From Orbicella franksi (Eukaryota), in NCBI GenBank assembly GCA_964199315.1, contig OZ116699.1, positions 34,410,001 through 34,474,000 on the forward strand: 64,000 nucleotides of DNA. The letters are read 5' to 3'. Below the pieces are notes generated by a model that worked only from the letters and a program-made list of their open reading frames with translations, made no database searches and was not told the origin of the DNA. Within the stretch, counting starts at the first letter, position 1, and the number at the start of each line of letters is the position of its first letter. The position numbers were made by a program, and so were the translations under genes. This document shows, piece by piece, positions 58,810-64,000 of the stretch.

Positions 58810-59206
58810 TTCAAACAATTGTGATCGGGATTTCTAAAAAAAATTGTAGGTAGTGTTCAGAGCTACCTTAAATTTTCGAAACTTTAGAGTGGCTCTGAAC
58901 CCTACCTACAGAATTTTTTAAAACTTTGCCAAAAGTTGCGTATTATCATGCTTATTAAAAGGTGATAATATAAAAGAAATTCACCGTGCCGTTTTTGAAT
59001 TGTAAGCCCCTAAAGTTGTAACTAAGGGTGTTTTTAGGAGGTCATACTGTTGCTACGGTAACCTATTGTGTCACGAAAATGATAACAACGTGTTCACCAA
59101 TGATTGGGCAGTTTTCTGATACCATGATTGTAGCATCAAGTGATAAAGAGTGGTTATGACGACCCATCTAAATCTAAGTGTCGGAAACTGATTTGAGCCA
59201 CCTTAA
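58810..59206. mobile_element. Non-autonomous DNA element ending in GAGCCACC-TTAA (possibly Kolobok-type)
   Basis: The right terminus TTTGAGCCACCTTAA shares its TTAA with the next element. The left boundary is uncertain. Confidence 0.5.
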
Positions 59207-59737
59207 AGGTCGGCACAAACGAGGGGACTAGCCCCTGCGACTAGTCCCTGCAACAAGTCGCGGGGACAAGTCCCATCGTGTGAACTGGCCTTTGGGCCTC
59301 AAAATCTAGTCACAGGGACTAAAATTTGGTCCCTGCGACTAGTTCCACGAATTCAAACTGGTTTGAACTTTTGGGACAAGTCCCTGCGACTTGTTTCTCA
59401 AAACGCTTCGTGTGAACTGTTCGTGGGACAAGTCCCTGTGAACAGTCCCTTCGTGTAAACTCTTCAGGGGACTAGTCGCGGGGGACCAGTCGCGGGGGAC
59501 CAGTCGCGGGGGACCAGTCGCGGGGGACCAGTCGCGGGGGACCAGTCGCGCGGACGAGTCGCGGGGACGAGTCGCGGGGACGAGTCGCGGGGACTAGTCG
59601 CGGGGGACCAGTCGCGCGGACGAGTCGCGGGGACGAGTCGCGGGGACGAGTCGCGGGGACTAGTCGCGGGGACTAGTCGCGGGGACTAGTCGCGGGGACT
59701 AGTCGCAGGGCTAGTCCCCTTGTGTGCGCCGACCTAA
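59203..59737. mobile_element. MITE (same family as 18090-18408) with an internal 12-14-bp minisatellite expansion
   Basis: TTAAAGGTCGGCACA.. / ..TGTGTGCGCCGACCTAAA termini. About 19 tandem GGGGAC(T/C/G)AGTCGC-type units at about 59469-59712. Confidence 0.9.
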
Positions 59738-59883
59738 AGCTTTGGAAAATTAGCAGTCATTCCAGATAGACCGATAGATCTCTAACGGAGTGTCCTAGTC
59801 AAAAAGTACAGCTTTAAAAAGTGTACGACTCACTGCTCATGTCAGCGATGCAACGTACTCTACTGTTTACTTTTTAAAGTACT

Positions 59884-60120
59884 TTAAAAAAATTGTAATT
59901 GGTCTTCGTCCCCGTCAGAAACAATTACACGACCACTATTGCTTACAGACACACCATAAGGATTGGAGAGTACGAAAATTCCAAACTTGGTGACAAACAT
60001 TCCATCTGCAGTGAATACTTGAACTCCGCTATTAGTCCATGGGCCAAGACCCCCAAAAGTGGTTTTTTTGTACCATGTGGAGGGACCAGTGCTATCACGT
60101 ATTTTCTCAATCTGCAATAA
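59884..60120 (-). pseudogene. Relic of an NHL-repeat (beta-propeller) C-terminal exon
   Basis: NSGVQVFTADGMFVTKFG..LSNPYGVSVSNSGRVIVSD..QLQFF* fits the NHL repeat pattern. The upstream sequence is stop-ridden and no other exons were found. Confidence 0.55.
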
Positions 60121-62424
60121 CTGAAGTCTATTTTAAGGTATGATAGCAAGCTTCTATCAGTAGCTTTCTTGCTCTAAACATGTGATAAAATGACGTCATC
60201 TAAACTGCCTAATGACCACGGATCCGGTCAACAGCTTCAGATTCTGAGCGATGTCCATCGTACAATTCTCTTCAAACAACATTTTATACATTTTAGGCCT
60301 AGCAGAATATGACATTGATTCAATTGCAAAAGAAGAAAATTTTTCTAAGGTTGTCTCGTTGCCATGGAGACGGAAATGGTCAATGAGTCCACAACTGAAA
60401 TAAAAGTCACTGAAAATAAGGCTTTTCACTTCCTAATTTTAAAAAATAACAACTGCAATATACGTTGTCAAAAAGTTCAATCATTTGTAGATCACTCTAG
60501 CACTGGCTTGGATTAACTATTCAGCTAATGAGTTTTAAAGAGCTCCCTTAACGAGTCCTCTTTCTCCTGATATCATCCATTCTGAAGCCATACCAGTACC
60601 AAACACATTGGAGACTTGTCCTTTTCGCGTCAGTCAAGCACCATTTTCACTTAAATGTAAACAAAGACTCATGTTTAATGTCAGCAAATATAACAGCTAA
60701 GTTATTTTAAAGCATTTAGCGGTTGCCATGACAGCCACAAACAGTTACTCGATACATTAAAAAGAGTACATCGTTCGAAACTAAACCTTACGAATGTAAG
60801 AGTATGTATAAGGAAAGTTATTTCATATTTTTCCTATGGTTATGAGATTCTTACCTTTCGCTTTCTCCATCGTCATTGTCGTCAACGGATAATACATCGT
60901 CGTCATCATCTGGCCTGTTTGTGCAATCTTGAAGCCGGCACATATCAGTACATTTCAGCCCATTGACAATGCAGGAGCACGATGGAAGTTTGCAGGACCT
61001 ACTGCACTAGCCATTCTAGAACAGCTTGCGGAGCTGGCTGACCACCCATCCAGTCTACGACCAGCTTGTCGTCTTCACTACACCAGCCAAATCCCACTGG
61101 TGATGGGATGGCTGGGCATCTTTGTAAACTTCGTCTCCAGACAGCAGCCTGGTAGTTTGCTCGTAGCGAGTGTTTATGCAGCGTATCATTGCAGGGTGGC
61201 AGCTGGTTGGAATCAACGTCTCCTCTCTTCAAACAGAACAGTCGATATCGCAGCTCATTGATGTCGCTTGTCCCAGAGTTGCTGCAGTACATGGCACATG
61301 TAAATTTCTGAAGACTATGGTACAGGTGATCAGACATATTCCAGAACATACCCAAATGCTGGAACATCTCTTGAAATTCAACATTTTGCTTTACAATTCG
61401 ATAACCTGCAACCTTTCCCCGTCCGGCAAAAGCACTAAGAGTGTCGCACCCTGTGAATGCATGAAAGCCCGGCAGTGATCTGCATACACTTGCTCCAACC
61501 CTCTCAACTACTCGAGATATCGATGTACTTGACTCTGGTCTGTGAACCACTTTTAATGAATACTGAAGAAGGAATAAAACTCTTGAAGGCCAAAAGAAGT
61601 ACCAACACATCAGTGTCTTCTGATACTATGACGACCGAAGCAAACCTCGATTTAGCTGCATGGGCTGCATGTAAGAGGATTCGGGTGTCAGCCTCCTCTT
61701 GGGTTGATTCGAGCTCACTGATAGGTTGCATTATTCCAGACGATAATTGGTAACATGTTTCGCCACACGTGACAACCAGAGTCTTTCCAGATATAGCTTC
61801 TCTGTGTACTTTTCTTTCTTCCACTCGCTGGTTACAAACGCTATGAAAGCTTGTTTGTTCTTTAAGCTACACAGGTATCTTCTCCACTGTTAAACCTTGT
61901 GTTCGGCTTGAATATTGCGGTATTCGCTTCCTAAACCGTCAGCCCTGTTCTCTCTTTCGGCGTTCTTTATGGATTCCTCTCTGTAATCTTCGAAGACGAC
62001 ATTAATCCTGTTACTTGTTCCACCTTCGTTTAGAACTCTGCAAAGAAGAGTTTTAGCAACTGCCGCAAATGTCTTCTTATCACCTTTCAAACACTGGACA
62101 AGAGCCATCCCATCTATTACACATGCTGAGGGTTGGGGAATGGCATCTGCTGCTTCGAAATTTGTATGCAGTTCTTTAGCCAAGGACGCTTTGTTCGTCT
62201 TACGCATCAAGCCATCTGCGGTAGCTAATGACCAAGGGAGTGGTCCGAGAGGTTGGGATAACACTTCTCTCATCTGTAAGTCTCTGCTCTCTGCGATGAC
62301 AATCATTTGAGCAAACAGTCTTCCGTCGGCCTTGATGATCACTTCTTGGTTCTTACCAGCTTTAACTGATACCTCCTGGTTCAAGTGAGCAAAAGTCTTT
62401 CAGCTTAGCTTTCGTGATTGAAAG

Positions 62425-62666
62425 CCGAGAGCAACGACCTCAGTCTAATCCACCAAAAGTCAAGTTCCATGATTCAATCAACAACAACAACAACAACAAC
62501 AGTTTATTTCTACTACTGTAAACAACTAAAAGAATTTACAATTACAATCTTGTAAATTCTTTTAGTTGTTTACAGTAGTAGGAATAAACTGTTGTTGTTG
62601 TTGTTGTTGTTGATTGAATCATGGAACTTGACTTTGGGTGGATTAGACTGAAGTCGTTGCTCTCGG
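62425..62666. repeat. Fold-back inverted repeat (117-bp arms, 8-nt spacer) inside the transposase
   Basis: 62425-62541 pairs with 62550-62666 with 3 mismatches. The arms include (CAA)n/(TTG)n tracts and about 55 bp of transposase coding sequence. Confidence 0.92.
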
Positions 62667-62959
62667 AATGCTTTGTAGGCTTCCTCTCCTTTATCTTTAG
62701 CTTGTAGGAAGTCGTGCTCTATATCAGGAGTGGCAACTTTTCCTGTGGAAAGACAGACGAGGTCTTGAAGGTCAGGGCTGAATGGGTTGAGCCAAGTGTT
62801 TTGAAGAATTGACACTATGGATTGACCATCAGCTTCATCTCTTTGTATTCTTGTTGGTTGTAGATCTTTGTGTTGGGAACAAGAACTACTGATGTGCAGT
62901 ATATATCTTTGAGTTGCCTCAGGAATGTGCTCCGGTATTCAGCGACCAGGTAGAATTTG

Positions 62960-63330
62960 TAGGATTTCACGTGCGAATTTTTAGTTTTGCTTGCCATTTA
63001 TGTATGAAAATTACTACTATTTAAACGCTACTGTTTCCTAGCGCGCCAATCTTTTCAACGTTTTCTCTAGCTTCAAGTTAATATCGTTGCGGAATCTATT
63101 CTACCTAGCTTCACCGTCTTCGCTATCCAGTCAGGAAACATTTGTAAGTCTTTATATTCTGTCCTGTATTTCTCATATCGCTCGGCTCTTCTTCACATGT
63201 ATTTTTATTTATTTTTCTAGTCGAACCTCGCTCGCTCTATCTTTCAATTCTCAACGGGCTCCTCGAGTCTCTTCAACAGAGCGTGAGTTCGAAATCTCTA
63301 GACGTAGCGTCAACAAGGACTGTAAGCTAC
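62960..63330. mobile_element. 371-bp insertion with an 8-bp target-site duplication in the transposase
   Basis: AGAATTTG at 62952-62959 and 63331-63338. Removing the insert and one copy restores ..NAVSKFYLVAEYRSTFLRQL.. Confidence 0.8.
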
Positions 63331-64000
63331 AGAATTTGCTTACTGCATTAAGCCTTAGACTGAAACCTTTAGTTCCTCCTGACGTTTGAGTGTCTTTGTT
63401 GACAGTCTCCTCGCACGTCTGATCAACAGGTATTCTCCCAGAGGGTTGTCTTCGCCAATCTGAACAGAAAATCCTCCGGATCGCAAGTATTCCAGGGTGT
63501 CCGGGTGCTCTGCTGGTAGATGTGACATCTCATGCAGATATGCTGAAAGGTACCTGGCGTAGTTAAGGTTATCATATGCGAAACACCACGGGACAATTTC
63601 ACTGATATATGAAAGGTGACGATCCCAATCTCCCTCCCGAGATCCTCTTAACAGACCAAGTAATATTCCCACCATGTCAACATAAGACATCCAGAACTTC
63701 GATAGCTTCCCATTATCATGTCGGAGATAGCTCGTATACAAGCAGAACAGTTGCGATACTTCTTCAAATGAGGGACTCTCCACTGTGTCTTTGAATTCTT
63801 GTTCACATGTGTTATCACAGAGCGCTTTCAGTCCTTTTAAAAACGCATTAACAGTAGGCTTCTTCTCTTTATGATGTTCCTCAATCCAAGAGTTAAATCC
63901 CATCCATGCTAGCCTGTTAAGAGCTTCATACATGAGCTTGTGAAATCATACGGCGCGATTATATGTACGGCCTTCTAGAACACCAGCCACAGATCCTTCA

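Larger units (their letters stand above)
60498..64000 (-). mobile_element. Inactivated Academ-type (AcademX) DNA transposon: transposase, XPG/FEN-like nuclease and Cys-rich finger; continues beyond the right edge
   Basis: Fragments: CFAYDNLNYARYLSAYL..GGFSVQ, CEETVNKDTQTSGGTKGFS, VIDGMALVQ, QEEADTRILLHAAHA, EDTDVLVLL, FHAFTGCDTLSAFAGRGK, and terminal CSRSCKLPSCSCIVNGLKCTDMCRLQDC before TAA at 60853-60851. An XPG domain plus Cys finger is the described AcademX architecture. Broken by frameshifts and two insertions. The TAG at 60498 is only a candidate terminus. Confidence 0.75.

Noticed and set aside
59469-59712. Regular short repeats resembling a CRISPR array
   Set aside because: Head-to-tail 12-14-bp units with no unique spacers, inside a MITE, in a eukaryotic locus with no cas genes.

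Overview
AT-rich, intron-containing animal genomic DNA, most likely a stony coral or other anthozoan (inferred from the repeat families and gene content). Genes that can be reconstructed exon by exon from GT-AG sites and reading phase: the 5' part of a secreted trypsin-family protease (-, runs off the left edge); a decayed cysteine-rich multi-TM receptor pseudogene (+); ornithine decarboxylase antizyme (+); a SelW2/MIEN1-like selenoprotein with an in-frame UGA and C-terminal CaaX (-); METTL13 (+), head-to-head with the selenoprotein; a roughly 1,280-aa unrecognised protein built from tandem phase-1 exons (5 coiled-coil exons, 14 proline-rich/PLFNPxEIQL exons, 8 NPF motifs) (-); ILF2/NF45 (-); and a broken Academ-type (XPG + Cys-rich) transposon at the right edge. 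SINEs and MITEs are scattered throughout. Top finding: the antizyme appears to have moved its +1 frameshift. The canonical-like site (UGG-UAU-ACC-UGA-UGU-CC) is now read through in frame, and the only stop blocking the best-supported splice model is a CUU-UGA-C site, the same as the bacterial RF2 shift site, inside a 52-nt exon. Second finding: the exon-duplication-built coiled-coil/polyproline/NPF scaffold gene. All gene models are read by eye, without transcript or database support.
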